A stretch of 64,000 nt of DNA from contig JANPHI010000342.1 of NCBI GenBank assembly GCA_031424355.1, forward strand, positions 6,394-70,393, given 5' to 3'. The number at the start of each line of letters is the position of its first letter. Positions within the stretch are counted from its first letter, which is position 1. Shown here piece by piece: positions 37,493-46,251 of this stretch. The notes beneath the pieces are model-generated. The model worked only from the letters and a program-made list of their open reading frames with translations, was not told where the DNA came from and did no database searches. This DNA comes from Betaproteobacteria bacterium. GTDB lineage: Bacteria; Pseudomonadota; Gammaproteobacteria; Burkholderiales; Burkholderiaceae_C. The position numbers were made by a program, and so were the translations under genes.

Positions 37493-38134
37493 TCAGCCCA
37501 AGACGCCCTGGGGTGCGGTGCCATTCGCGGTCTGGCCGCGCCGCGAGGTCAGCACCATCCCTGCCAAGCCAGCGACCAGCAGCCAGATCGCAGCCGGCTC
37601 GGGCACCGCCGACACGCTGTCCACGCCCGAAAAATGCAATTGCCAGTAGCCTGCCTTCTGGTCGTTGGCATTCGGGTCGTAGCTGGGCTGATTCCATTGC
37701 GCCAGCGGAATCGGCGTCTGGCCGCTGTAGGCAAAGCCTTGCGACAGCAGGCTGCCGTTCGCGTCATTGCTCGAGGCCAGCAAGGTCAGGCGGTACTGGC
37801 CCGCAGCCAAGGTGGCCAGGGACAGCCCGGTGTCGTAGTAGCCCTGGCCGGGCGCCACCGTGTCGTTGTCGTCATTGGCCTGCACAAGACTGAAGTCCGT
37901 GCCGCTGCCCATCCACAGGGCGCTGGCCGGGTCGAAGTTCAGGCCCGACTGCCAGGAATCGCTCCAGATCTTCACGTCGGCGCCAGGCGCGGCCAGTGCG
38001 AAGTCGATCTGCACGACGTCGTTGTGATAGCCCATGCTGCCGTTCAGCGTGAAGTCGGCGGCGTGGGCTGCGAAGGCGGCCAGTGCCAGCGCGGCGGCCA
38101 CGCTCACGCGCCGGGGAAGGAGGGTGATGGTCAT
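37493..38134 (-). CDS. PEP-CTERM protein with DVUA0089-like domain
   Basis: Signal peptide ending AHA; HNDVVQIDF, FDP..LW, NDDND, LAAGQYRL; VPEPAAIWLL-TM-RR. Confidence 0.88.
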   Translation of the reverse strand: MTITLLPRRVSVAAALALAAFAAHAADFTLNGSMGYHNDVVQIDFALAAPGADVKIWSDSWQSGLNFDPASALWMGSGTDFSLVQANDDNDTVAPGQGYYDTGLSLATLAAGQYRLTLLASSNDANGSLLSQGFAYSGQTPIPLAQWNQPSYDPNANDQKAGYWQLHFSGVDSVSAVPEPAAIWLLVAGLAGMVLTSRRGQTANGTAPQGVLG

Positions 38135-38166
38135 GTTGAAGTCCTGTTTCGAAAGGGATGAGCGGC

Positions 38167-39858
38167 TCAAGGCGCCAAGGCAGGCGGGTTGACCACGGGC
38201 GCGGTCTGCGCCGCGATTTGCAGGCGGTTGCTGCCAAACAGCGTCTGGTACGCCACGGCAAAGCTTTCGCTCGTGCTGGGGCTGGCCACGGTGTCCACGT
38301 ACCACCACTCGGCCACGGCGCGTGCAGGTGTCACGTCCAACAGCATGTAGCCGCGACGGTTCAGGTTGATGTACTTGAAGTGCGGATTGGCCGGCGCCAG
38401 CGCAGCGATGGTGCCGGCGGCGGTGGCCGGGTCGTCCACACCGGGCGACGAGATCGAGGTGCCGACGAACTCGACCGCGCGCGAGCCTTCGCCCGTGCCG
38501 GGGTTGTAGCCACCGGCGGCGACGTTGCTGTTGTTCGGGTCCTGCGTCAGGTCGGCCGCCCACGAACTGTGGATGTCACCCGTCAGCACCACCACGTTGT
38601 TCACGGGCGCCTGCCCGCCGGTGCCCCTCAGCACGTCGTAGACACGGTCGCGGGCCGGCTGGTAGCCGTCCCAGGCGTCGCTGTTGAAGTAGACGCCGCC
38701 GCCAGCCGCGTTGGCGCCGGCCTGCACCTTCACCTGCGCAAACATCACGCCCTGACCCAGCATCTTCCAGCGTGCACCACTGGTGCGCAGCTTGTCGAAC
38801 AGCCAGGCCTCTTCTTCAGCGCCCAGCATCTGACGGTTCGGGTCCAGGTAGGCACCGGCCTGCACGAAGTAGCCGCTGGCGCTGCCGATGTTGGTGCCCA
38901 GCTGCGCCGAGCGCCCGCCCAGGCGCTCTTCCAGCATCAGCAGGTCGGCCAGGTCGCCGTAGGCGTAGCTGCGGTAGTTCTTGCGGCGGTTGGCGGTGTC
39001 GACGATGCGCACCGGCATCCACTCGTAGTAGGCCTGCAGCGCCGCGTTGACGCGCGCTGTCCAGGCGCCTTCACTGCCAGGCGTGTGGTTCTCGGCGCCA
39101 CCCACCCACGAGTTGTTGGCCGTTTCGTGGTCGTCCCAGATGGCCACCAGCGGATGCTGGCGGTGCATGGCCTGCGAATCGGCATCGCGCTTGTACTGCG
39201 CGTGGCGTGTGCGGTAGTCGCTGAGCGTGACGATCTCGTTCGCCGGCTGCGGCGTGCGCGCCGTGCCGTACTGGCCGGCACCGTATTCGTAGATGTAGTC
39301 GCCCAGGTGCATGACCAGATCGAGGTCCGCGCGCTCGGCGATGCGGCCGTAAGCGTTGAAATAGCCGTAGGCGTGGTTGGAACAACTGACCACTGCCATG
39401 CGCAAACGCTGTGTGCTGCCCACGGGCAATGTCTTGGTGCGGCCGATGGGTGAGTTCACGCCGTCCACCGTGAAGCGGTAGTAGTAGGTGGTGGCGGGCA
39501 GCAGGCCCGTGGCGTCCACCTTCACCGTGTAGTCGCGGTCAGGGTTGGTCTTGGTGCTGGCGCGCAGCACCACCTGGGTCAGCGCCGGGTCGGTGGCGAC
39601 GATGTAGCTGACCGCCACCACGCTCACTGGCGTGGCGGGCGTCACGCGGGTCCACAGGATGACGCGATCGGAAAGCGGGTCGCCGCTGGCCACGCCATGC
39701 TGGAACACGCCGTCCAGTTCGGCGCGCGTGCGGGCCAGCGCCGACATGGGCGCCATCGAAGCGGACGCCAGGGCCATCGCGGCCGAGCCCGACTGCTTGA
39801 AGAAGGATCGGCGATTGCTGCCGACAGCGGCCGGTTGGACTTTTTTGGGGCGACCCAT
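38167..39858 (-). CDS. phoD: Alkaline phosphatase D (Tat-exported)
   Basis: NRRSFFK Tat motif; FQHGVASGDP, LWTR, SCSN, HLGDYIYE, WDDHETANN, DAWDGY, LTGDIHSSW. Confidence 0.95.
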   Translation of the reverse strand: MGRPKKVQPAAVGSNRRSFFKQSGSAAMALASASMAPMSALARTRAELDGVFQHGVASGDPLSDRVILWTRVTPATPVSVVAVSYIVATDPALTQVVLRASTKTNPDRDYTVKVDATGLLPATTYYYRFTVDGVNSPIGRTKTLPVGSTQRLRMAVVSCSNHAYGYFNAYGRIAERADLDLVMHLGDYIYEYGAGQYGTARTPQPANEIVTLSDYRTRHAQYKRDADSQAMHRQHPLVAIWDDHETANNSWVGGAENHTPGSEGAWTARVNAALQAYYEWMPVRIVDTANRRKNYRSYAYGDLADLLMLEERLGGRSAQLGTNIGSASGYFVQAGAYLDPNRQMLGAEEEAWLFDKLRTSGARWKMLGQGVMFAQVKVQAGANAAGGGVYFNSDAWDGYQPARDRVYDVLRGTGGQAPVNNVVVLTGDIHSSWAADLTQDPNNSNVAAGGYNPGTGEGSRAVEFVGTSISSPGVDDPATAAGTIAALAPANPHFKYINLNRRGYMLLDVTPARAVAEWWYVDTVASPSTSESFAVAYQTLFGSNRLQIAAQTAPVVNPPALAP

Positions 39859-39927
39859 GTGGACTTCCTTGGCAGTTGAAAAGAAGAAGGAGGGGGTGGG
39901 GTGTTCGCCCCAGTCTCAAGGCCGCGT

Positions 39928-39967
39928 TTGACACCTTGAAGTCAGCGCCGCGACGGAACGACGACTA
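39928..39967 (-). promoter_or_regulatory. Degenerate Pho-box-like 11-bp array upstream of phoD
   Basis: YGAC cores on the + strand at 39929, 39951 and 39962 (multiples of 11; the unit at 39940 is degenerate). Confidence 0.35.
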
Positions 39968-40037
39968 GGCCGAACGGCGCATGCACCGCCGAACGGACCA
40001 CACGGCCGTCACCTTGGACCCGTACAACGTGGTCCAA
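39966..40037. promoter_or_regulatory. Putative operator cluster upstream of the regulator-GspG operon
   Basis: TAGGCCGAACGGCGCATGC (39966-39984), CCGCCGAACGGACCA (39986-40000), inverted repeat TTGGACC-N10-GGTCCAA (40014-40037). Confidence 0.5.
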
Positions 40038-40065
40038 CTGAACTCGGGCCTGGCCCACACCACGC

Positions 40066-41247
40066 GTGCTTGACGACCCGACACTGGAACCGGCCCGCGC
40101 AGAGGCGATGGTTCGCCTGATGGAGTCGGTGTCGGCGGTACGCCGCCGCTACCAGTTCTTCGTCTGGCTGCAGAACCACCTGCAAAGCCTGCTGCCGCAC
40201 CAGATTGCCGTCTGCGGCAGCTACCAGCGCAACCGACGCGAACTGAGCTTCGAGGTCTTCAACAGCGTGGTGCTGTCACCCGAAGCGCTGGCCCAGCTGT
40301 CCGACCCCCATGCGCTGCTACTGCGAACGGCCACCGCGGCCTGGGTCCGTTCACGCGGGCAACCGGTGGTGCTTGCCTTGCAGACACTGGCCCAGCAGGC
40401 CGACGATCAGCCCTTTCAGGCCCTGCTCGACGCCGGCATCACCGAATTGCTGGCCCACGGCGTGGCGCGGCCGCAGCGGCCGGCTGAGCTGGAAAGCTTC
40501 TTCCTGCTGGCCACGCCGCAGCGGCGCATCAGCCCGGCGCACACCGTCAGCATCGACATGCTGATGCCCTATCTGCACAGCACCTACCTGCGGGTGCAGG
40601 CCACGGAGATGGAAGTGGGCGACACCGGTGTGCGGACGGGCGCGCCACGGCCCACTGCACCGCCGGCCGCGCTGACCGACCGCGAACGCCAGGTGCTGGC
40701 TCACGTGCGCGAAGGCAAGAGCAACCAGCAGATCGGCGACGCGATGGGCATCAGTCCGCTGACGGTGAAGAACCACGTGCAGAAACTGCTGCGCAAGCTG
40801 GGTGCCGCCAACCGCGCGCAGGCCGTGGCCAAGACGTCTTCGGCGATCGAGCGCGGCTTCACGCTGCTGGAACTGCTGGTGGTGATGGTCATCATCGGCC
40901 TGCTGGCCGGCTACGTCGGGCCCAAGGTGTTCGCCAACATCGGCAAGAGCGAGGTGAAGGTGGCGCGCGCGCAGATCGACGCGCTGCAGAAGGCACTGGA
41001 GCAGTACCGCGTGGACACCGGCCGCTACCCCAGCACGCAGCAGGGCCTGCAGGCCCTGGTGGTCAAGCCGGCGAACGAAGCGCGCTGGGGCGGCCCCTAC
41101 CTGATGAAGGCCGTGCCGCGCGACCCCTGGCACGCCGACTACCAGTACCGCCAACCCGGCGAGCACGGTGACTACGACCTGCTCAGCCTGGGCCGCGACG
41201 GCCGCCCGGGTGGTGAAGGCGAGAACGCCGACCTGACGAGTTGGTGA
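40066..41247 (+). CDS. gspG: In-frame fusion: EpsA-like LuxR-family transcriptional regulator (aa 1-257) plus T2SS major pseudopilin GspG (mature from F265)
   Basis: N-terminal FFVWLQ..LLPH (EpsA-like) and HTH LTDRERQVL..GKSNQQIG..ISPLTVKNHVQKLLRKLGAANRAQAV. Then, with no stop, ERG|FTLLELLVVMVIIGLLAG, YRVDTGRYPST.QGL.AL, WGGPY, DPW, SLGRDGRPGGEGENAD. Confidence 0.9.
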   Translation: MLDDPTLEPARAEAMVRLMESVSAVRRRYQFFVWLQNHLQSLLPHQIAVCGSYQRNRRELSFEVFNSVVLSPEALAQLSDPHALLLRTATAAWVRSRGQPVVLALQTLAQQADDQPFQALLDAGITELLAHGVARPQRPAELESFFLLATPQRRISPAHTVSIDMLMPYLHSTYLRVQATEMEVGDTGVRTGAPRPTAPPAALTDRERQVLAHVREGKSNQQIGDAMGISPLTVKNHVQKLLRKLGAANRAQAVAKTSSAIERGFTLLELLVVMVIIGLLAGYVGPKVFANIGKSEVKVARAQIDALQKALEQYRVDTGRYPSTQQGLQALVVKPANEARWGGPYLMKAVPRDPWHADYQYRQPGEHGDYDLLSLGRDGRPGGEGENADLTSW

Positions 41248-41293
41248 TACAGCCGCGCGCGCAGCCCTGCAGCCCCTTTCCTTCCCAAAGCCG

Positions 41294-42502
41294 ATGCCCG
41301 AATTCGATGTCGCCATCCACCAACCCGGCGCTGCCCCGCGCCGGGCGCGGGTGACGGCCGCCAATGCGCAGCAGGTGGCCGCCGCCTTGGGCGTGGCGCC
41401 CGGGCACTTGCTGTCGGTCCAGGCCGCCGGCGCGCGCTCGGCCGCTGCCCCCGGCGCGCGCCCGAGCGCCGCCCGGCCGCCGTTGTCGCTGCGCCTGCTG
41501 AGCCAGGAAACGGCGGTGCTGCTGGACGCCGGCATCCCACTGCTGGAAGCGCTGACGACGCTGCAGCAGAAGGAAACCCGCGCCGATGCCGCGCGTTGCC
41601 TGGGCGCCCTGTGTGAGGCGCTGCGCGAAGGTCGCGCGCTGTCGGACGCACTGGCGGCGCAGCCCGTGGCCTTCGACGCGCTCTTCATTGCCATCGTGCG
41701 CGCCAACGAAAGCAGCGGCTCGCTGGCAGCGGCTTTGCGCGAACACGCCCGCTTTCGCGCCTGGGCCGAACGCCTGCGGGACCGCCTGACCGGCGCCCTG
41801 ATCTACCCCGCGCTGCTGCTGCTGACCGGCGGCGCCGTGTTGCTCTTCCTGCTGCTCTTTGTCATGCCGCGTTTCGCCGGGGTTTTCGAAGGCGATGCGG
41901 CGGCGCTGCCCTGGGCCTCGCGGCTGCTGTTCAGCCTGGGCACGGCCTGGGCCGACAGGCCGCTGCTGGCGGTGGCGCTGGCGGTGACCCCGCTGCTGCT
42001 GGCGGTGCTGGCCAGCCGCCAGCCCGCCCTGCGCGCCGCGCTCTTGGTGCAGGCCTGGCGCTTTCCCGGCCTGGGGCCTCAGCTGCGCACGCTGGCGCTG
42101 ACCACCACCTACCGAGCGATGGGCATGCTGATGGCCGCCGGCGTGCCCGTGCCAACGGCGCTGGCCCTGGTGCAGGCCGTCGTCGCGGCGCCGCTGCGCG
42201 CAGCGCTGGGTCGTGCCACACAGGGCGTGCACGAAGGCCAGCGCTTGTCCGACGCGCTGGAACGCGAAGGCCTGGCCACGCCGGTGGCGCGGCGCATGTT
42301 GCGCGTGGGCGAACAAAGCGGCGAACTGGCGCAGATGCTGACCCGCACCGCCGAATTCCACGACGAGGAGATCGAACGCCTGGCCGACTGGATCACCCGC
42401 GCGCTGACCCCGCTGCTGATGCTGGCCATGGGCGTACTCATTGGCGGCATCGTGGTGCTGATGTACCTGCCGATCTTCCAGATGATGGAGCAGATGCAGT
42501 GA
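41294..42502 (+). CDS. gspF: Type II secretion system F family protein
   Basis: LLDAGIPLLEAL, GRALSDAL, ESSGSL, ALIYP, VGEQSGEL, MYLPIF. Confidence 0.92.
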   Translation: MPEFDVAIHQPGAAPRRARVTAANAQQVAAALGVAPGHLLSVQAAGARSAAAPGARPSAARPPLSLRLLSQETAVLLDAGIPLLEALTTLQQKETRADAARCLGALCEALREGRALSDALAAQPVAFDALFIAIVRANESSGSLAAALREHARFRAWAERLRDRLTGALIYPALLLLTGGAVLLFLLLFVMPRFAGVFEGDAAALPWASRLLFSLGTAWADRPLLAVALAVTPLLLAVLASRQPALRAALLVQAWRFPGLGPQLRTLALTTTYRAMGMLMAAGVPVPTALALVQAVVAAPLRAALGRATQGVHEGQRLSDALEREGLATPVARRMLRVGEQSGELAQMLTRTAEFHDEEIERLADWITRALTPLLMLAMGVLIGGIVVLMYLPIFQMMEQMQ

Positions 42503-44043
42503 GTGCAACCGCCCACGCGCAGCCGGCCGCCACCGATGCCGCCACAGATCCCGCCTGGCAGGCCGACGCCGAACACTGGAACCCCGCCGAAGCCCAGCGC
42601 TGGCGGGCGCTGCTGGTGCGCGAAACCGACGGCGCCTGGCTGCTGCTGGCCGACCACGGCGTGGACGATCTGCTGCTGCAACTGGTCGAAAGCCGCGTGC
42701 GCGCTGCTGTGCGCTGGCAGACCGTGGCGGCCACCGAACTCGACCGCTGGCTGGACAGCGGCGACGGCCCGGAAAGCCGGTTCCGCGCCCTGGACCTGGT
42801 GCGCGACACCGCCAGCGTGGAGGCCGGCCCGGCACTGGCGCCCGAGCTGTCGGCAGCCAACGTGGCACAGGCCGGCAGCCCCTTGGTTCGCCTGCTGGAC
42901 GCCACGCTCTTCGACGCGCTACAGGCCGGCGCCAGCGACATCCACATCGAATGCCGCCCCGCTGGCGCCGAGATCCGCTACCGCATCGACGGCGTGCTGC
43001 AGCCGGTGCACACGCTGGACGGCCCGCGCCAGGCCGAGCAGCTGGTGTCGCGGCTGAAAGTGATGTCGGAACTGGACATCGGCGAACGCCGGCTGCCGCA
43101 GGACGGCCGTTTCAAGCTGCGCGTGCAGGGCCGCGAGGTCGACTTCCGGCTGTCCGTCATTCCCAGCGTCTTCGGTGAAGACGCCGTGGTGCGGGTGCTG
43201 GACCGCGCGCAGCTCGAACGCCTGCACGGCACACTGACGCTGCAGGCCCTGGGCTTCACGCCCGCCATGCGACTGGCCGTGCTGAACCTGGCCCGCGCGC
43301 CCCACGGCATGCTGCTGGTCGCCGGGCCCACCGGCAGCGGCAAGACCACCACGCTCTACGCCGCACTGACCGAAACACAACGCCCCGGCGACAAGACCGT
43401 GAGCATCGAAGACCCGGTGGAATACCTGTTGCCCGGCGCGATGCAGATCCCCGTCAACGAACGCAAGGGCCTGGGCTTTGCGCGCGGCCTGCGCGCGCTG
43501 CTGCGCCACGACCCGGACCGCATCATGGTGGGCGAGATCCGCGACGCCGAGACCGCCGAGATCGCGCTGCAGGCCGCGCTGACCGGCCACGTCGTCTACT
43601 CGACCGTGCACGCCAACAGCGCCTTCGACGTGATCGGCCGCCTGACGCACATGGCGCTGGACCCCTACACCGTCGTCAGCGCCCTGAATGGCGTGCTGGC
43701 GCAACGGCTGCTGCGCGTGATCTGTTCGACCTGCGCCATGCCGGATGAATGGACGCCCGGCCTGCGCTCTGCGCTGGGCAGCCGCAGCGACGTGCATTTG
43801 CGCCGGGGCATGGGCTGCCCCGACTGCCGCGGCAGCGGCTTCCGCGGGCGCCGGGCGGTGGCTGAACTGATGCTGCTGGACGACGGTCTGCGCGGCCTGA
43901 TCGTGGCCCGCGCCGCACCGGCCGAGCTGAAGGAAGCCGCCCGCCGCCAGGGCATGCGCGCGCTGCGCGAAGTGGCGCTGGACCTGGTGGCCCAGGGCCT
44001 GACCACACTGGAAGAGGCCGACCGTGTCACGCTGGACGCTTGA
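42499..44043 (+). CDS. gspE: Type II secretion ATPase GspE/PulE
   Basis: ASDIHIE, RIDGVL, RLPQDG, Walker A GPTGSGKTTT, EDPVE, LRHDPDRIMVGEIRD, CxxC..CxxC. Confidence 0.95.
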   Translation: MSATAHAQPAATDAATDPAWQADAEHWNPAEAQRWRALLVRETDGAWLLLADHGVDDLLLQLVESRVRAAVRWQTVAATELDRWLDSGDGPESRFRALDLVRDTASVEAGPALAPELSAANVAQAGSPLVRLLDATLFDALQAGASDIHIECRPAGAEIRYRIDGVLQPVHTLDGPRQAEQLVSRLKVMSELDIGERRLPQDGRFKLRVQGREVDFRLSVIPSVFGEDAVVRVLDRAQLERLHGTLTLQALGFTPAMRLAVLNLARAPHGMLLVAGPTGSGKTTTLYAALTETQRPGDKTVSIEDPVEYLLPGAMQIPVNERKGLGFARGLRALLRHDPDRIMVGEIRDAETAEIALQAALTGHVVYSTVHANSAFDVIGRLTHMALDPYTVVSALNGVLAQRLLRVICSTCAMPDEWTPGLRSALGSRSDVHLRRGMGCPDCRGSGFRGRRAVAELMLLDDGLRGLIVARAAPAELKEAARRQGMRALREVALDLVAQGLTTLEEADRVTLDA

Positions 44044-45304
44044 GCGGAGCGCGCTGCGCGGCCGCCTGCGCGGGCTGAGGGGTAGGGCGCGGGCTGCGCC
44101 AGTGTTGTGGGTGGGGCCGCACGGCGTCGTGGCCGTGGCGTCGATGAAGGGCGCGGCCGCTGCACCGGCATCGACACCCCCGGTGCATGCTGATTTCGCC
44201 GCCTGGTGCGCGGCCCATCCCGGGAAGGCCTGTCGCGTGTTGCTGTCGTCGGAGTGGCTGGCCGTGATCACCACCAACCCCGCGCTGGGCCTGCGTCACG
44301 CCGACGAACTGCAAGCCCACGCCCGCACCCAGTTCGAGCAGTACCACGGCAGCGAGGCGCACGACTGGCCGCTGCGGCTGTGGCAGCACGCGGCCGGCAG
44401 CGGCGCCACCGCCCTGCGCGGCGGCGTGCTGGCCCGCCTGCAGGCCGCAGCCGCAGCGCACGGCGTGCGGCTGCTCAGCGTGCAACCGGCCTGGACGGCG
44501 GTGGTGGCCGCCCTGGCGCCCACAACGCCGGCACTGCTGCTGCTGGCCGAGGGCAATCTGGTCACCGCCATCGCCACCGCGCGCGGACAAGCCCAGCGCG
44601 TGGCGCTGCGGCGCTGCCCGGACGCCCCCGGGCTGCGGGCGACGTGGCTGGCCGATCTGCGCGCCGAATGGTCGCTGGACGGCGACCGCCCGATGGTGTG
44701 GGTGCAGGGGCCGCCCGATTCAGCGGGCTCACCCGCGATGACGGCATTGCCCGCGTGGCAGCTTGCTACCGACAGCGACTTCCTCACAAGCGCCCAGCCC
44801 AGCCGCCTGCCCCTGCTGGCAGCCGCCGCCGCGCTGTGTGTGGCGCTGGCGGCGGCACTGGACACGCAAGCGGCCTGGGACGCCGCGCAGACGGCCCAGC
44901 AGGCGCTCGACACGGCGCAGCAGACACCCGCGCGCGCCAACACCAACGCCGACGCCACAGGCAGCGCGGCAGCGGTCTCCAGCGAAGCCGAAGCGCGCCT
45001 GCTCACCGCGCTGCGCCAGCCCTGGCCGGCCGTGTTCGCCGCCGCCGAAGCCGCCACGCGCACGCCGACGCAGGGCCTGCTGTTCGACCACGATGGCCGC
45101 ACCCTGCGCCTGGAAGCCACCGCGCCCGACGGCCCCGCCGCCTGGCAGGCCGCCGCCACGCTGGGCCGGCAGCCCGGGGTCAGTCAGGCGTCGGTGGCCC
45201 ATCTGCAAGCCGACGGTCCGGTGGTGCGCTTCGAGTTGCGCGCCGACTGGGCGGCTGCCGCCTCCCCCACCCCGTCCACCAGCCGCCCGGAGCCGGCGCG
45301 ATGA
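44024..45304 (+). CDS. T2SS-associated bitopic membrane protein (GspL or PilM+PilN-like)
   Basis: Operonic overlaps on both sides; cytoplasmic domain (RLLSVQPAW), one TM segment, then PW..VF...LRLEA periplasmic domain. Confidence 0.65.
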   Translation: MSRWTLERSALRGRLRGLRGRARAAPVLWVGPHGVVAVASMKGAAAAPASTPPVHADFAAWCAAHPGKACRVLLSSEWLAVITTNPALGLRHADELQAHARTQFEQYHGSEAHDWPLRLWQHAAGSGATALRGGVLARLQAAAAAHGVRLLSVQPAWTAVVAALAPTTPALLLLAEGNLVTAIATARGQAQRVALRRCPDAPGLRATWLADLRAEWSLDGDRPMVWVQGPPDSAGSPAMTALPAWQLATDSDFLTSAQPSRLPLLAAAAALCVALAAALDTQAAWDAAQTAQQALDTAQQTPARANTNADATGSAAAVSSEAEARLLTALRQPWPAVFAAAEAATRTPTQGLLFDHDGRTLRLEATAPDGPAAWQAAATLGRQPGVSQASVAHLQADGPVVRFELRADWAAAASPTPSTSRPEPAR

Positions 45305-46251
45305 GCGGGCTGCGTCTGCAAGACCTGTTTCGGTGGCTGCTCGCCTTGCTGCTGCTGGCGCTGGCTGCCGGCCTGCGAGGCTGGGCTGTGCCGGTGTTGC
45401 AGCAGCAGACGCAGGACGCCGAGCAGGACGCTTTGCGCCGCCTGCAACAGCGCGCCGCCGCAGCCGCCACGGCAAGCACCAGCTCCGACTGGCGCGCGCA
45501 ACTGCCCGCCGCCGCGCAACGCGACGCGCGGCTGGCCGACCTGCTGGAAGCCGCCGCGCGCAACGGCGTGCAGGTGCAGGCTGTGGACCAGGTGCCGCCC
45601 CGCGAGGCCGCGCCCGGGATCACCCAACAGACCCTCGACCTGAGCGCGCGCGGGCCCTACCTGGACGTGCGGCGCTTCATCGAACAGGCGCTGATGGCCG
45701 ACAGCGGGCTGGCGCTGGACCACCTGTCACTGCAACGCCCGCAAGCCGATGCGGCCGAGGTGGAGGCGCGGATGCAGTTCGGCCTGCTGCAGCGCACCGA
45801 CGCGACCGGCTCAGCCGACAACACCGGCGGCAGCGCCGGCGGCGCCCCGACCAACGCGAGGCCTGCCGTCACCGCCACAGCGGCCGTGGCGCGCGGGCCC
45901 TGGCACGCGCCCAGCGCCGAGGCCGTCGCTGCCTGGTCGGCACCCCGGCCAGTGGCACCGATGGCGCCGGCCCGCGTCGCGCGTGCACCTGTCGCCGTTG
46001 TCGCCGTGCAGCCCCACCCAGCCACGCCACCCGCGCCACGCGCACCCGCTGTTGGCTACGAACTGATCGGCACGGTGGCCGATGCCGCCGGCCCCGGCGC
46101 CCTGCTGGCCGGCGCGCAGCACAGCCTGTGGGTGCGCGCCGGCGACACCGTCGACAGCGCCTGGCGCGTACTGAAGGTGGACGCTGGCGGCGTCGATCTG
46201 TTGTGGCTGCCCCAGCAATTGCCGGTCCGCCTGAACTACCGCACCCCGTGA
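45301..46251 (+). CDS. T2SS-associated protein: GspM/PilO-like N-domain, Pro/Ala linker, GspC-like C-domain
   Basis: ATGA overlap at 45301; N-terminal TM; GPYLDVRRFI..LALDHLSLQR; C-terminal YELIG..VRAGDTVD.WRV. Confidence 0.65.
   Translation: MSGLRLQDLFRWLLALLLLALAAGLRGWAVPVLQQQTQDAEQDALRRLQQRAAAAATASTSSDWRAQLPAAAQRDARLADLLEAAARNGVQVQAVDQVPPREAAPGITQQTLDLSARGPYLDVRRFIEQALMADSGLALDHLSLQRPQADAAEVEARMQFGLLQRTDATGSADNTGGSAGGAPTNARPAVTATAAVARGPWHAPSAEAVAAWSAPRPVAPMAPARVARAPVAVVAVQPHPATPPAPRAPAVGYELIGTVADAAGPGALLAGAQHSLWVRAGDTVDSAWRVLKVDAGGVDLLWLPQQLPVRLNYRTP

Noticed and set aside
44763-46247. 1238-aa secretin ORF with a long N-terminal extension
   Set aside because: The extension is Arg/Pro-rich off-frame translation overlapping two real genes; the secretin starts at 46248 or 46332
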